Assembly: GCA_964384235.1 (NCBI GenBank)
Contig: CAYLJX010000004.1
Location: forward strand, 15,916-79,915
Direction of reading: 5' to 3'
From: an uncultured Bdellovibrionales bacterium
GTDB taxonomy: Bacteria > Patescibacteriota > Minisyncoccia > Moranbacterales > UBA1568
Length of the DNA: 64,000 bases
This document shows, piece after piece, positions 29,158 to 39,536 of this stretch (the stretch's first letter is position 1; every line of letters begins with the position of its first letter). The notes beneath the pieces were generated by a model. It was not told where the DNA came from. It worked only from the letters and a program-made list of their open reading frames with translations, and ran no database searches. The position numbers and the translations under genes were made by a program.

Positions 29158-30567
29158 TCAATTGGGAGTCATCTGGATATTTTCCGTCACCAAGGCACTA
29201 CCGACACCGACGGTCTTCGTCTCGGTACCGAATCCCGAAGCGGTCACCTCGACATCGTATGAACCGTTGACCAGGGCCGGGAGCGACGTCGGGAAATACG
29301 CGATACCGTACTGGTCCGTCGTGACCGTCGCATCATATGGGACGGACGTATTGGTCAGCCGGACGCTCGCCCCGGAAACGGGAGAATCGTCCGCCGAGCT
29401 CTTCACCGTCACCTTCACGGAACCGATGTTCTTGTCGAGGAGGATCGCTTCCATCGTGCCGGACGATCCCGGGACGAGATCCATGACATCGGCCGTCGAC
29501 GATGTTTCCGGATGCATCTTGTAAAACTCGTAATCAGCGTCGGAAACGGTCAGCGTATACTGACCGTAACTCTGGTCGGAGTAGGTCTTCTCGCCGGAGC
29601 TGTCCGTGGTTGACGTATCGGAAAAACCATAGACGTTCGCTCCGGTACCCGCATCCGTCCCAAGGACCCGGCCGCCGGAGAGCGTGAAGCCGATATCCGG
29701 GACATCCGTACCGAACGGATCCTTGGTCCGGAGCGGGATATCGACGTTTTGGTCCATGACGATCGTCTTCTGATTGAGGGTAGCTTCCACGACCGAGGCA
29801 TGAACATCGACCGGGTTGTACGCGGACGTCGGATAGGACGCGTATGTGGTCGCACCGTAATAGCCGCCCTTGGAAACGGTGAGAGTATAGGCTTCGACAC
29901 CGGCCGGCGCACCGGGAAGCATCACGTTGCCGGTCGAATCGGTCGTGGCGGTCGTGTCGATGCTCGCACCCGAATTGACGATGCGCACGCTCGCGCCCGA
30001 TACCCCGCTCCCGGTCGCATCCAGGACATTGATGGAAAGCGTCCCGCCGCCGCCGGACGTCTCCACGCCGTTGGGAGAGAAATTTCCGAAGATGACGACT
30101 TTCTGGTCATCCCCTCCCCCTCCCCACTCGACCGTGAGGCGGACGCGCTTATAATCGGTCGAAACCGTGTCATTGGGCGAGCCGCCGATCGTTCCGTCGA
30201 ACGAGTCGTCGACGTACTGCACGAAGGTATGCACGTCGTATCTCACCGTGTTGACACTGATCGTCTCGTCCTCCAGGAGTTCGCCGCCCGGGATACCATA
30301 GAGCCACGCCGACCCGTTCCAGCGCTTGGTACCGATGTCGTCATAGGCGATGCTCCGGATGATCTCCATCTTCTGGTTAGCGAGAGCCGTCGCGCCGAGA
30401 CGGTTCTTGGACTCGATGATCATACGCGTCCCCGTAGCATACACCTGAAAGAAGACCACCCCAATCAGAGCGAAGATGAACAGGAAAACGAGGGATTCAA
30501 TCAGGGTGAAGCCCTTTAACTTTGTATCTTGTATTTTGTATCTTGTATTTTGTATTGAAGAATTCAT
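29158..30567 (-). CDS. Prepilin-type protein (PilV-like) with carboxypeptidase-regulatory-like beta-sandwich repeats
   Basis: KG/FTLIESLV; repeated GASVRI...TTDxxG...YTLTVS units. Confidence 0.82.
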   Translation of the reverse strand: MNSSIQNTRYKIQDTKLKGFTLIESLVFLFIFALIGVVFFQVYATGTRMIIESKNRLGATALANQKMEIIRSIAYDDIGTKRWNGSAWLYGIPGGELLEDETISVNTVRYDVHTFVQYVDDSFDGTIGGSPNDTVSTDYKRVRLTVEWGGGGDDQKVVIFGNFSPNGVETSGGGGTLSINVLDATGSGVSGASVRIVNSGASIDTTATTDSTGNVMLPGAPAGVEAYTLTVSKGGYYGATTYASYPTSAYNPVDVHASVVEATLNQKTIVMDQNVDIPLRTKDPFGTDVPDIGFTLSGGRVLGTDAGTGANVYGFSDTSTTDSSGEKTYSDQSYGQYTLTVSDADYEFYKMHPETSSTADVMDLVPGSSGTMEAILLDKNIGSVKVTVKSSADDSPVSGASVRLTNTSVPYDATVTTDQYGIAYFPTSLPALVNGSYDVEVTASGFGTETKTVGVGSALVTENIQMTPN

Positions 30568-30621
30568 AAAAGTCCGTCTCCGCATCATACGAGATACTTG
30601 ATACAGGATACGAAATACTTA
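30521..30621. repeat. Inverted pair of 7-mer arrays (TTGTATY / ATACNNN), the left arm inside the prepilin leader
   Basis: ttgtatc ttgtatt ttgtatc ttgtatt ttgtatt ... atacgag atacttg atacagg atacgaa atactt. Confidence 0.75.
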
Positions 30622-31839
30622 CTTTATGTTCTCGAGGACGGAATACATCGGTTGGAGCATAGCGACCGCGAAAAATCCCACGCCGCCACCGATGAGGAGC
30701 ATGAGGATCGGTTCGATGATGGAGGACATGTTCTTGGTGATCTGGGAGACTTCCTCCTCGTAGAATTCCGCCAGACGCTGCAGGACGACATCCGTCTTTC
30801 CCGTCTCCTCGCCCACCTCGAGGATCTGCGGCACGAGGATGGGGAAGATGCGCGGGTACTTGGCGATGATCTTGGAAAGGTCGACACCCTTCTGGATCTC
30901 CGCGATGGCTTCGGCCAGGGCATCCTTGTAATAGACGTTCCCCAGGGTCTTGGATACGATGGTAAGGCCGTTCACGACCGATATGCCGGATTTGAGGAGC
31001 GAACTGTAGATGCGGGCGAACCGGGCGCAATTCACCTTGATGACGATGTTGCCGACGATCGGCATCCGCACGAAGAGCATACCGAAGAAGCGTTTCCCTG
31101 CCGGCGTCCCGGCGAACATCTTGACGCCGATAATCGCCGCCGCGACGATAGCGACGCTCAGGATGGCATGCTCCCGAAGGAAATCGCTCAGCTTCATGAT
31201 GAACTGCGTCGTGGCCGGCAACTCGACGTTCATGTCCTTGAAGACGCCGGTGATCTTGGGCAGGATGTAGGTGAGCATGAGGATACCGATGCCGATCATC
31301 GCCACCACGATGACCGCCGGGTAGATGAGCGCGCCGCGCACCTTGGAGAGGAGGTCGTTTTCCTTCTCGAGCTGCAGGGCCAGGATGTCGAGCACTTCCT
31401 CGAGGTTGCCGGAGACCTCGCCGACCGAGATCATGTTGACGAAGAGTTCGTTGAAAACGCCCGGGAACTTGGCGAGTCCCTCGGAAAGCTGCTTGCCGCC
31501 CTGCACGTCCTCATAGACGCTTTCCAGGACCTTCTGGAAACGGACGTTCTTGGTCTGAAGGCTCAGGTTGTGTATGGCGCGCGATACCGTGAGACCCGAC
31601 GACACCATCACGGCGAGGTTCCGGGTAAAGACCATCTTCTCCTTGAGCGGCACCGTCTTGAAACGGTCGAAGAACTTGATTTGGATGCCGGTCGACTCTT
31701 CCAGAAGACGCTGCGACGTGAGCAAGAGCCCCTCGGCGCGGAGTTCCTGCGCCAGAGCCTTCTCGTCCTTGGCGTTCATCTCTCCACCCTTGGTCTCACC
31801 GGTGGAGATGTTTTTTGCAGTATATAAATATTTCGGCAT
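30619..31839 (-). CDS. pilC: Type IV pilus platform protein PilC (GspF family)
   Basis: FTRNLAVMVSSG, GEVSGNL, ALIYP, VGEETG, IIEPILM. Confidence 0.93.
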   Translation of the reverse strand: MPKYLYTAKNISTGETKGGEMNAKDEKALAQELRAEGLLLTSQRLLEESTGIQIKFFDRFKTVPLKEKMVFTRNLAVMVSSGLTVSRAIHNLSLQTKNVRFQKVLESVYEDVQGGKQLSEGLAKFPGVFNELFVNMISVGEVSGNLEEVLDILALQLEKENDLLSKVRGALIYPAVIVVAMIGIGILMLTYILPKITGVFKDMNVELPATTQFIMKLSDFLREHAILSVAIVAAAIIGVKMFAGTPAGKRFFGMLFVRMPIVGNIVIKVNCARFARIYSSLLKSGISVVNGLTIVSKTLGNVYYKDALAEAIAEIQKGVDLSKIIAKYPRIFPILVPQILEVGEETGKTDVVLQRLAEFYEEEVSQITKNMSSIIEPILMLLIGGGVGFFAVAMLQPMYSVLENIK

Positions 31840-31917
31840 AGCCGATTTGGTATGTGTTTTTGTGTGATTCCATTATATCACACACGCCGGTTCCCTTGTC
31901 TCTTGTCGTTTGATCCC

Positions 31918-32841
31918 TTACGCGCCGAGACGCGCCTTGAACTGCTCGAACACCCTCGGGCCACGAGGCTTGGGAAGAAAGATGAGCGCGCGATCGTGCG
32001 CCTCGATGTGACTCCCCTCGAGAGCCGTCTTGGGATTGCGACGGATCTTTTCCTTCTGCCACGAGCCGAGCCAGTCTTCGACCGGGAAGAAATCCAGCAC
32101 CTGCTCGAGGAATCGCTGCACACTCACGGCCAGACGGGACGACGGCACCGACCACGTGCTCGCAATGAGCGTCGGAGCGAAGTTCGGCTGGTATTCGCGG
32201 ATCCAGCGGTTCTTGCGTTCGAACGTCTGATAAAGCGGAAAATTGATGAGTGGGATGAGGAAGCGGTACTCATGGGCCGAGTAGAGATCCTTGATCCCGA
32301 TCTCGAGATGATCGTCCGTCACGAAGTAGTTGAGACAGGCGCGATCGGTCACCTTGTTTCCGTGACGGCGCTTGCCGATCATATGGAGGAAGCCTGTGAG
32401 AACCGTCCGTCCCGTCCAGATCCTCCCCGACTTGAGCACGACGAACATGTCCCAGTCGCTCTTTTTGCTTCCGTGCTTCATCGAGAGGCTCCCGGTCGCT
32501 CCTACCATCCGGACATACGGCACGAAGGCGAGCAATCGCGCGAGGCGACGCTCCCGCTTGAGTTTCCGGACGGAGATCTTTTCCAGGCGGATGCGTTCTT
32601 CCACCAGTCGGTCGCGACCCTTGAGAAAAAAGAAGCCGTCTTTCCGTCCGAGTTTCTCCCGGCAAAAGTCGGAATCGAGGAGTGTGACGATATCGGACAG
32701 CTTGGATGGCACGGCGCACAGGTCGTTGTCACGCTCGTATACGATGAGGTGCCGCCATATCTCGAACGCCGTGAGCGGCATATCCATCACGTCGTAGTAC
32801 GTCACCGTCGCGAGAATATTTTTGGAAAGCTGGTACGACAT
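31918..32841 (-). CDS. Nucleotidyltransferase-domain protein
   Basis: TGSLSM...SDWDMF (GS-DxD polymerase-beta motif). Confidence 0.75.
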   Translation of the reverse strand: MSYQLSKNILATVTYYDVMDMPLTAFEIWRHLIVYERDNDLCAVPSKLSDIVTLLDSDFCREKLGRKDGFFFLKGRDRLVEERIRLEKISVRKLKRERRLARLLAFVPYVRMVGATGSLSMKHGSKKSDWDMFVVLKSGRIWTGRTVLTGFLHMIGKRRHGNKVTDRACLNYFVTDDHLEIGIKDLYSAHEYRFLIPLINFPLYQTFERKNRWIREYQPNFAPTLIASTWSVPSSRLAVSVQRFLEQVLDFFPVEDWLGSWQKEKIRRNPKTALEGSHIEAHDRALIFLPKPRGPRVFEQFKARLGA

Positions 32842-32845
32842 AAGA

Positions 32846-32937
32846 GAGGCAATAGGCAGAAGGCAGAAGGCGGTCCAGAAAGAGCATTCTTATCTCATCC
32901 CTACTGCCTCAGTATCTATTGCCTACTGCCTATCTAC
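32846..32937. repeat. Inverted pair of 7-mer arrays (AGGCAGA / CTACTGC)
   Basis: aggcaat aggcaga aggcaga aggc ... ctactgc ... ctattgc ctactgc ctatct. Confidence 0.65.
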
Positions 32938-35735
32938 AAGTATTTCGAAGTAAAGCTCTTCTTGCAAGATTTCAGTTTGTTCGGCGGACCGGCGAAGATG
33001 AGCTCGCCGCCTTTTTCACCACCCTCGGGACCGAGTTCCAGAACCCAGTCCGCCGAGCGGATGACATCGGTGTTGTGCTCCACCACAAGGACGGTATTGC
33101 CTTTATCGACGAGCGCTTCGAGCACTTCGAGCAGTCGCCGCACGTCCTCGAAGTGCAGCCCGATGGTCGGTTCGTCGAGGATGTAGAGCGTCTTGCCGGT
33201 CGATTTGCGAGCAAGCTCGGTGGCAAGCTTGATACGCTGCGCCTCACCGCCGGAGAGGTTGGTCGCACTCTGACCGAGGACGAGGTAACCGAGGCCAACT
33301 TCTTCGAGCACGCGGAGTTTCTCCTCGATCATCGGCTGATCAAGGAAAAAGCGTCTCGCCTCCGTCACGGTCATGCGCAGGATCTGGGCGATGTTCATCC
33401 CGCGGTACTCGATGGAGAGCGTCTTCATGTTGTAACGCGTCCCCTGACAGACCTCGCACGGGATATAGACGTCCGGTAGGAGGTACATCTCGATCTTTTT
33501 CAGTCCCCCACCCTGGCACGTCTCACAGCGTCCGCCGCGCATATTGAAGGAAAAGTGGCTGGCGGAATACTTTTCCCGTTCAGCCTCCGGCGTCGCGGCG
33601 AAGAGGTCGCGGATGAGCCCAAAGACCCCGGTGTAGGTGGCAGCGTTGGAGCGCGGCGTGCGACCGATCGGATCCTGCGTCACGGCGATCACCTTGTCGA
33701 TATGGTCGAGACCCGTGATCTTCTTGTGCGCGCCCGGCTCGGCCTTGGCATGATAGAAATGCTTGGAGAGCGCCCTCGAGAGGATGTCATGGACGAGGCT
33801 CGACTTGCCGGAGCCGGAGACTCCGGAGACCGCGACGAGCATCCCGAGAGGGATCTTAGCATCGACGTTTCGGAGGTTATGCTCCGTCGCGCCGACGATC
33901 TCAATGGACTTGCCGGATCCTTTGCGGACTTTTTTCTTGGAAGAGACGCTTCGCTTACCGGAGAGGTACTGGCCGGTCAGGAGTTTGGAACGCATGAGCT
34001 TTTCCGGCGTCCCTTCGAAGATGACCTCGCCGCCCTCGCTCCCCGCACCGGGACCCATGTCGATGATATAGTCCGCTCGGCGCATGATGGCGACATCGTG
34101 CTCCACGACGACGAGGGAGTTGTTGGCCGAGCGCAGTTCCTCGAGTGCATTGATGAGCTTCTCCGTATCGCGGCTATGCAGCCCCACCGACGGTTCGTCC
34201 AGGACATAGATGATGCCGGAGAGTCCCGACTTCATCTGGACCGAGAGACGGATACGCTGCGCCTCGCCGCCGGAAAGGGTGTCAGCTCCGCGGGAAAGTT
34301 CGAGATAACCGAGACCCACCTTTTCCACCGAACGCACACGCATCTCCATCTCACGGAAGAGCGGATCGACGATGTCTTTCTCCCCGACTTTGAGAAGCGC
34401 CTCGCGCAGGGGTTTCAGTTCCGTGAGAAATTTCTCGACACTCCGGTCGACGATCTCGTTCATGGAGAGGCCGTTCACCTTGACCGACAACGATTCGGGC
34501 TTGAGCCGCTTGCCCTGGCAGTCCGGGCACGTCTTGGAAAGCATGTAGGTCTCGATCTCGGCGCGCAGATGGTCGGATTTGGTATCGCGGTATTTCTGCT
34601 CGAGGATCGGGATGACGCCGGGAAAAACATTTTCTTTCCCTCCCTCCTCTCCGAAGAGGACGAGCTTCATCTGCTTCGCGGACAGTTTCTTAACCGGGAT
34701 GTCGAGGGAAAATTTAGATTTCTTGGCGAGCTCACGAAGGAGCAACATCGGACCGCTCTGGGCGTGCCGATCACCGTTCATTTTGCTCCAGGGACGGATG
34801 GCACCTTCGGAAAACGAGAGGTTCTTGTTGGGGATGACGAGCTCCGGATCGAATTCCAGTGTCCGCCCGAGACCCGAACACTTTGGACAGGCCCCTTCGG
34901 GAGAGTTAAAGGAAAAATGACTCGGGGTGAACTCGGGCAGATGCACGTCGCACTCCTCGCAGCGGTACTCCTCGTTGTAGACGCGTTCCTCACCAGAACC
35001 GTTGATGCGAAGCGTGAGCGTCCCCTGTCCGACACGAAAAGCAGTCTGCAGGGAATCCAGGATGCGCTCCTTGTCCGGACGGACGGCGGAGAGCGCCATG
35101 CGATCGATGACGATACCGATGGTCGAGATATCCGAAGGAGAGGCTTCCGCAATAGCCTCGGCGATGGGGCGGATCTCGCCATGGAAGAGCACCCGAACAT
35201 ACCCCCACCCGTCGATCTGTGAGAGCACTTCTTTCTCCGTCTTTTCCACGAGGAGCGGACTGTAGGCCAAAAACGCGAGCGGCGTCTCATCGGGCAGAAG
35301 CAGGATCTCGTCGAGGATTTCCCGCACGCTCTTGCGTGAGAGCGTCTTGCCACACTGAGGACAATGTGGGACACCAAGCTTGGCGAAGAGGATACGCAGG
35401 TAGTCGTAGACCTCGGTCATGGTGCCGACCGTCGAGCGCGGAGAGCGCGACACGCTCTTCTGATCGATGGAGATGGCCGGCGAGAGGTTGTGAATGGCGT
35501 CCACGTCCGGCTTGTCGAAGCCTTCCATGAAGTTTCTCGCGTACGAGGAGAGCGATTCGACATAACGGCGGTTGGCCTCTGCAAAGAGCGTATCGAAGGC
35601 GAGCGATGACTTGCCCGAACCGGAGAGTCCCGTGATGACGACAAGCGAATCACGCGGGATATCGACCGAAACGTTCTTGAGATTATTGACACGCGCTCCC
35701 CGGACTTCGATCACCGACTTCTTGTTGTTTGGCAT
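32934..35735 (-). CDS. uvrA: Excinuclease ABC subunit A, paralogue with insertion domain and divergent UvrB-binding domain
   Basis: Two Walker A ([18 protein letters not shown]), two [13 protein letters not shown] motifs, Zn-finger Cys pairs. Confidence 0.93.
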   Translation of the reverse strand: MPNNKKSVIEVRGARVNNLKNVSVDIPRDSLVVITGLSGSGKSSLAFDTLFAEANRRYVESLSSYARNFMEGFDKPDVDAIHNLSPAISIDQKSVSRSPRSTVGTMTEVYDYLRILFAKLGVPHCPQCGKTLSRKSVREILDEILLLPDETPLAFLAYSPLLVEKTEKEVLSQIDGWGYVRVLFHGEIRPIAEAIAEASPSDISTIGIVIDRMALSAVRPDKERILDSLQTAFRVGQGTLTLRINGSGEERVYNEEYRCEECDVHLPEFTPSHFSFNSPEGACPKCSGLGRTLEFDPELVIPNKNLSFSEGAIRPWSKMNGDRHAQSGPMLLLRELAKKSKFSLDIPVKKLSAKQMKLVLFGEEGGKENVFPGVIPILEQKYRDTKSDHLRAEIETYMLSKTCPDCQGKRLKPESLSVKVNGLSMNEIVDRSVEKFLTELKPLREALLKVGEKDIVDPLFREMEMRVRSVEKVGLGYLELSRGADTLSGGEAQRIRLSVQMKSGLSGIIYVLDEPSVGLHSRDTEKLINALEELRSANNSLVVVEHDVAIMRRADYIIDMGPGAGSEGGEVIFEGTPEKLMRSKLLTGQYLSGKRSVSSKKKVRKGSGKSIEIVGATEHNLRNVDAKIPLGMLVAVSGVSGSGKSSLVHDILSRALSKHFYHAKAEPGAHKKITGLDHIDKVIAVTQDPIGRTPRSNAATYTGVFGLIRDLFAATPEAEREKYSASHFSFNMRGGRCETCQGGGLKKIEMYLLPDVYIPCEVCQGTRYNMKTLSIEYRGMNIAQILRMTVTEARRFFLDQPMIEEKLRVLEEVGLGYLVLGQSATNLSGGEAQRIKLATELARKSTGKTLYILDEPTIGLHFEDVRRLLEVLEALVDKGNTVLVVEHNTDVIRSADWVLELGPEGGEKGGELIFAGPPNKLKSCKKSFTSKYL

Positions 35736-35774
35736 ACCACCTTTATGCGCTAAAAAAGAGAAACATTGTTTCTC

Positions 35775-35824
35775 AGTCTACTCCCTTTTCCGAGCGTGGT
35801 CAATACGAGAAGGTATGTGGATAA
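35775..35824 (-). promoter_or_regulatory. uvrA promoter with adjacent DnaA box
   Basis: TTGACC-17 bp-TAGACT; TTATCCACA on the minus strand at 35816-24. Confidence 0.65.
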
Positions 35825-35828
35825 CCTG

Positions 35829-37166
35829 CTACCGCAGGAATTCCTTACCGCGACGGCGGCGATGAAAGACGATGGCAAAACGGTGGGCTTCGCCGTTCGC
35901 GAGGAGGATGTCTTTTTTGAAACGCTTGACGAGCGACTGGTCGCCGACGAAACTTTTCGGCTGGTGTCGCTCGTCCTTGACGACACCGAGCACGGGAATG
36001 GTGAGGTGCACTTGTCGCAGGACCGAGAGCGCGACGCTCCGCTGCAGTTCCCCTCCGTCTACCACTATCATATCCGGAAGCGACCATTCGGTATGCCCGA
36101 GACGCCGCGTGAGGATTTCCCTGAGAGCCGTGAGGTCGTTTCCTTGGTGATCGCCTCGCAGACGGAATTGCCGATATTCGTCCTTGTCCGGTCGACTCCC
36201 CTCCACTACTGTCATGACCCCGACGCTCGCCACTCCCTGGAGATGTGCCACGTCATACGCCTCAATCCGAATTCTTGATTCTTGATTCTCAATTCTTGAT
36301 TCTTCCTTGATGAGCGCTATATCCTGGATATGTTGCAACCCGTAGAGGGTGTTGCGAAGCTCGGCCGCCCGTTCGAATTCCATCGCCTTCGCCGCCGCCT
36401 TCATTTCCCGCTCGAGACCCTTCACGAGTTTCTGCTTGTGCCCCTCGAAGAAGAGTCGGATATGCTGGATGGTCCGGCCGTACTCCCGTACGCTCACCTC
36501 TCCCGTACACACCCCGGGACACAGTCCGATCTGCCTGTTGAAACACGGGCGCACGCCTGTGTCCCGGACTCGATCCGGGACCCTCCCGTTACCACGAGAT
36601 CCCGAATCGCGCTTCGCTTGTCCGGGATGCTTCGCCGTTCTTTCGAACGGCTCGCATTTGTCCCTATACGGAAACAGTTTTCGCACGATCTTCATCGCCT
36701 CTTTCAGTCCCAGTCCCGAGAGGAACGGACCGAACATGTATTTCACTTTCGCGTCGAACTTCCCCTGCTCGATGTCTCGGCCGCGAACGATGAGCACCCG
36801 CGGGAACGGCTCGTCCGTGATGACGACATGGTTGTAGCTCTTGTCGTCCTTGGCGTCGGTGTTGTAGGGCGGCTGATGCTCCTTGATGAGACGCGATTCG
36901 AGGATGAGCGCCTCAAGGACCGAATCGGTCTGCCGGTAGGCGATGTACGAGACCTTGGGCAGCATGAGCGCGATCTTGGGGCCTCTCGTCTCCATCAGGT
37001 CGCTTGCGAAATAGCTCCGCACCCGGTCGCGCAAGGACGTCGCCTTGCCGATATAGAGGAGCGTTTTGGTCTCATCCAGGAAGAAGTACACCCCTGGATG
37101 CTCCGGCAGGGCGTTCTTCTTCTGAAACGACAGAAGCGTATGCGATTTTTCCCACAGTGTAGCCAT
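35829..37166 (-). CDS. uvrC: UvrC (GIY-YIG plus RNase H-like domain, no C-terminal HhH), carrying repeat-derived insertions
   Basis: [51 protein letters not shown]; start at ATG 37166. Confidence 0.9.
   Translation of the reverse strand: MATLWEKSHTLLSFQKKNALPEHPGVYFFLDETKTLLYIGKATSLRDRVRSYFASDLMETRGPKIALMLPKVSYIAYRQTDSVLEALILESRLIKEHQPPYNTDAKDDKSYNHVVITDEPFPRVLIVRGRDIEQGKFDAKVKYMFGPFLSGLGLKEAMKIVRKLFPYRDKCEPFERTAKHPGQAKRDSGSRGNGRVPDRVRDTGVRPCFNRQIGLCPGVCTGEVSVREYGRTIQHIRLFFEGHKQKLVKGLEREMKAAAKAMEFERAAELRNTLYGLQHIQDIALIKEESRIENQESRIRIEAYDVAHLQGVASVGVMTVVEGSRPDKDEYRQFRLRGDHQGNDLTALREILTRRLGHTEWSLPDMIVVDGGELQRSVALSVLRQVHLTIPVLGVVKDERHQPKSFVGDQSLVKRFKKDILLANGEAHRFAIVFHRRRRGKEFLR
36561..36628. 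repeat. Two palindromic elements in frame within uvrC
   Basis: gtcccgga-ctcga-tccgggac (36561-81); atcccg-aatcgcgcttcgcttgtc-cgggat (36599-628). Confidence 0.7.
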
Positions 37167-37183
37167 AAATCGTGTCAGTACTA

Positions 37184-37212
37184 TTGACTTCCAAGATAAA
37201 AAGGAGTATAAT
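37184..37212 (+). promoter_or_regulatory. Sigma70-type promoter
   Basis: TTGACT-17 bp-TATAAT. Confidence 0.8.
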
Positions 37213-37259
37213 GTATGAAAGTTAATTTTACAACTCACTCACAAAGAAGGAGGTTGGTT

Positions 37260-37583
37260 GTGGGAAACAATGTCAACACTTACGACATGATGGCGAACGA
37301 AGTGTACACCGTCATGAAGTCACCGAAGGAATTTGATCTACAACTCTACCGGGGAGCATTCGCCACCGTGGCACATAGGCACGGGATATGGCATCATCAA
37401 TACGCTCCGACGTACAACCGCTATTTCAAGCAAGTGATGGACCGGGTAAAGAACCTCATCCAAAATCCTCGCGGACTACAACCGGTGACACCCTCCGCTA
37501 CTCTCACACCTCCCCCGACACATGTCTACCACCGGCAATATGTCGATAACAAGATGCTTGCCGCCGGCGACTACGACGACTGA
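37260..37583 (+). CDS. Orphan protein (107 aa)
   Basis: AAGGAGGT SD before GTG 37260; promoter upstream and terminator downstream. Confidence 0.65.
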   Translation: MGNNVNTYDMMANEVYTVMKSPKEFDLQLYRGAFATVAHRHGIWHHQYAPTYNRYFKQVMDRVKNLIQNPRGLQPVTPSATLTPPPTHVYHRQYVDNKMLAAGDYDD

Positions 37584-37621
37584 CCTCCCCTCGCGCAACA
37601 CCACCTCCCTGCGAGGGATTC

Positions 37622-37663
37622 ACGGATACCAAGGACCACGTGCCATGGTATCCGTCTTTTTTT
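37622..37663 (+). terminator. Intrinsic terminator
   Basis: acggatacca...tggtatccgt followed by cttttttt. Confidence 0.75.
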
Positions 37664-37734
37664 ATTGAATTTTTTCAAAAAGAAATCGGGTCGGGAACAT
37701 TCGCTCCCGACCCTTGTTTCATACCTACGCCGTT

Positions 37735-38136
37735 TCACAGTTTTTCCTTCGGGATTCCCTCAAACACCCTCCTTGCCTCCCCGTTTCCGTCGGAAAGTTT
37801 CGTCTTGGATCCCTTGAAGGAAAAATCCGTTCGCTCGACCGCCTTATAACCGATATGCCGGCTGAACACCGTGAATGCGATTCGCATATCCGCGTTGCTC
37901 CACATGAACCTGTACAGATCGGGTATCAGATCATGCCGTATCTGCCACACATCATGAGGCATTCCTTCTCCGTCGCACACCTCGAGCAGGTCTTCGTCCG
38001 CCAGGCCGTGTTCCGCAAGCCAGACCGCCGCATGGACACTGACCGGGACATCGTTGATTTCGATAAACCATTCACATCTTTCCGGCATCGGCAGCTGCTG
38101 CCGAAGCCAGGCTTCCCCGAACAACCGACTCATCAT
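37735..38136 (-). CDS. Orphan protein (133 aa)
   Basis: AAGGAG SD before ATG 38136; hairpin gggtcgggaa...tcccgaccc at 37688-713 downstream. Confidence 0.6.
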   Translation of the reverse strand: MMSRLFGEAWLRQQLPMPERCEWFIEINDVPVSVHAAVWLAEHGLADEDLLEVCDGEGMPHDVWQIRHDLIPDLYRFMWSNADMRIAFTVFSRHIGYKAVERTDFSFKGSKTKLSDGNGEARRVFEGIPKEKL

Positions 38137-38242
38137 TATGCTCCTTCTTGTTGGAAAAAATGTTAAACAACCCAAGACACAAGCCTACTCCGAATATACA
38201 TGAAAAAACAAGAGGGTGCACCCCCTCTGATCTTTTTCTCTG

Positions 38243-38707
38243 TCATCTCTTCCGGTCGTAGCGACCCATCAGTTCCGCGAGACCGATGACATGCCCCTCC
38301 ATCGCCTGTTCCAGATCGATCTCGATCGCCGTCTCCGGGAGCGCGAGCGTCGTATCCAAGGCGTAGAGCTTGAAGAAATACCGATGCTCCCGATCGGGCG
38401 GACAGGGGCCACCGTACTTGGTCACGCCCGCAGTGGTCGTCCCCTGCACGGCTCCCGGCGGTACGGAATCCTCATCGATACCGGCGATTTCCGGATCGAT
38501 GTTCCACATCACCCAGTGTACCCAGAGTCCGTCTTCCCGGACGCTTCTCGGCACATCCGGATCGTCCACGAGGAGGACCAGGCTCTGCGCCGCTTCCGGT
38601 ACGCCGGCTATGACAAGCGGCGGGCTGATATCTTCCCCGTCACAGGTGTACCGTGCCGGAATCACCCCGCCCGATTCGAACGCCGGACTGGTAAGCTTGA
38701 GAGACAT
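38243..38707 (-). CDS. YbhB/YbcL PEBP (Raf kinase inhibitor-like) protein
   Basis: YTCDG.DISPP, DDPD, WVHW, YGGPCPP, HRYFFKLYALD. Confidence 0.93.
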   Translation of the reverse strand: MSLKLTSPAFESGGVIPARYTCDGEDISPPLVIAGVPEAAQSLVLLVDDPDVPRSVREDGLWVHWVMWNIDPEIAGIDEDSVPPGAVQGTTTAGVTKYGGPCPPDREHRYFFKLYALDTTLALPETAIEIDLEQAMEGHVIGLAELMGRYDRKR

Positions 38708-38761
38708 ACGCGTGCGAAAAAAATCTGGCACGCTGTAATACAACGCAAACTCCCCGGCTTT

Positions 38762-39154
38762 TCAGTGGAGCACCTCGCGGACCAGTCCGGCCACCTTGTC
38801 CGGGGTCGTGAGCGACTTGATGGCGTAGAAACGCGTCTCGAACTTCCCGACTTCCTTGAAAATCGCTTCGTCGTCGACGTTGCTCAGGACGATGACGGGA
38901 ATTCGCGAAAGCTCAGGATCCTGTTTGAGCTCCGCGAGCACATCCAGCCCGTTCTTGACCGGCATCTGGATATCCAAAAGGATGACTTCGGGCCGCGTCT
39001 CACGGACCACTCTCATTCCGACCTCCCCGTTTTCGGCGGTCGAGACCTCAAAGCCCTCCAGACTCAGTTTCATCCGGTAGATTTCCCGGATATCGTCGTC
39101 ATCGTCGATGACGCATACCTTTCTTCTTTCCCACGGACTTTCGTTTCCTGTCAT
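38762..39154 (-). CDS. Single-domain response regulator (receiver)
   Basis: IDDD, ILLDIQMP.KNG, VIVLSN, IKS; likely start at ATG 39154. Confidence 0.9.
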   Translation of the reverse strand: MTGNESPWERRKVCVIDDDDDIREIYRMKLSLEGFEVSTAENGEVGMRVVRETRPEVILLDIQMPVKNGLDVLAELKQDPELSRIPVIVLSNVDDEAIFKEVGKFETRFYAIKSLTTPDKVAGLVREVLH

Positions 39155-39536
39155 AGGCTCGATTTGTATGTTATGCCTTTCAATAGTATCATACTGATGA
39201 AAGCCTTCAGAACGGAGAGTGATGAGCCTCGCAAGAGACTCTAATTGAAACCCACCTTGATTTTCAGGGAAAAAATGTAATTTTTTTCCGTTACTCATTT
39301 TTACGGGATTCAGCCGCTTTCCTGCATTGACCCCGTTACATTGTCCTCGTTTCTCTAGAAGACGTCCTCTGTAACGGGGACGGGCTTTTTTATTATGACC
39401 AAAGCTACCTGGGTCATCGAGGAATGTAACCGGGGTTGAGGGCTTTTTGTATTTTCATGACTGATGGTCCGAGGCCAAGAAAAAACATTCCCCCTCATCG
39501 CAGACCGCGAAGGGGGGAAATACATCGAAAGATACT

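Noticed and set aside
37174-37188. Imperfect palindrome gtcagtactattgac as an SOS box for uvrC
   Set aside because: I did not see it repeated upstream of uvrA, uvrB, xth or rarA.
39155-39298. N-terminal extension of the response regulator in the ORF track
   Set aside because: AT-rich, contains -10-like hexamers, and the receiver domain begins after ATG 39154.
39460-39486. Hammerhead-like CTGATG...GAAA
   Set aside because: Core reads CTGATGG rather than CTGANGA, and I found no convincing stems I and III.
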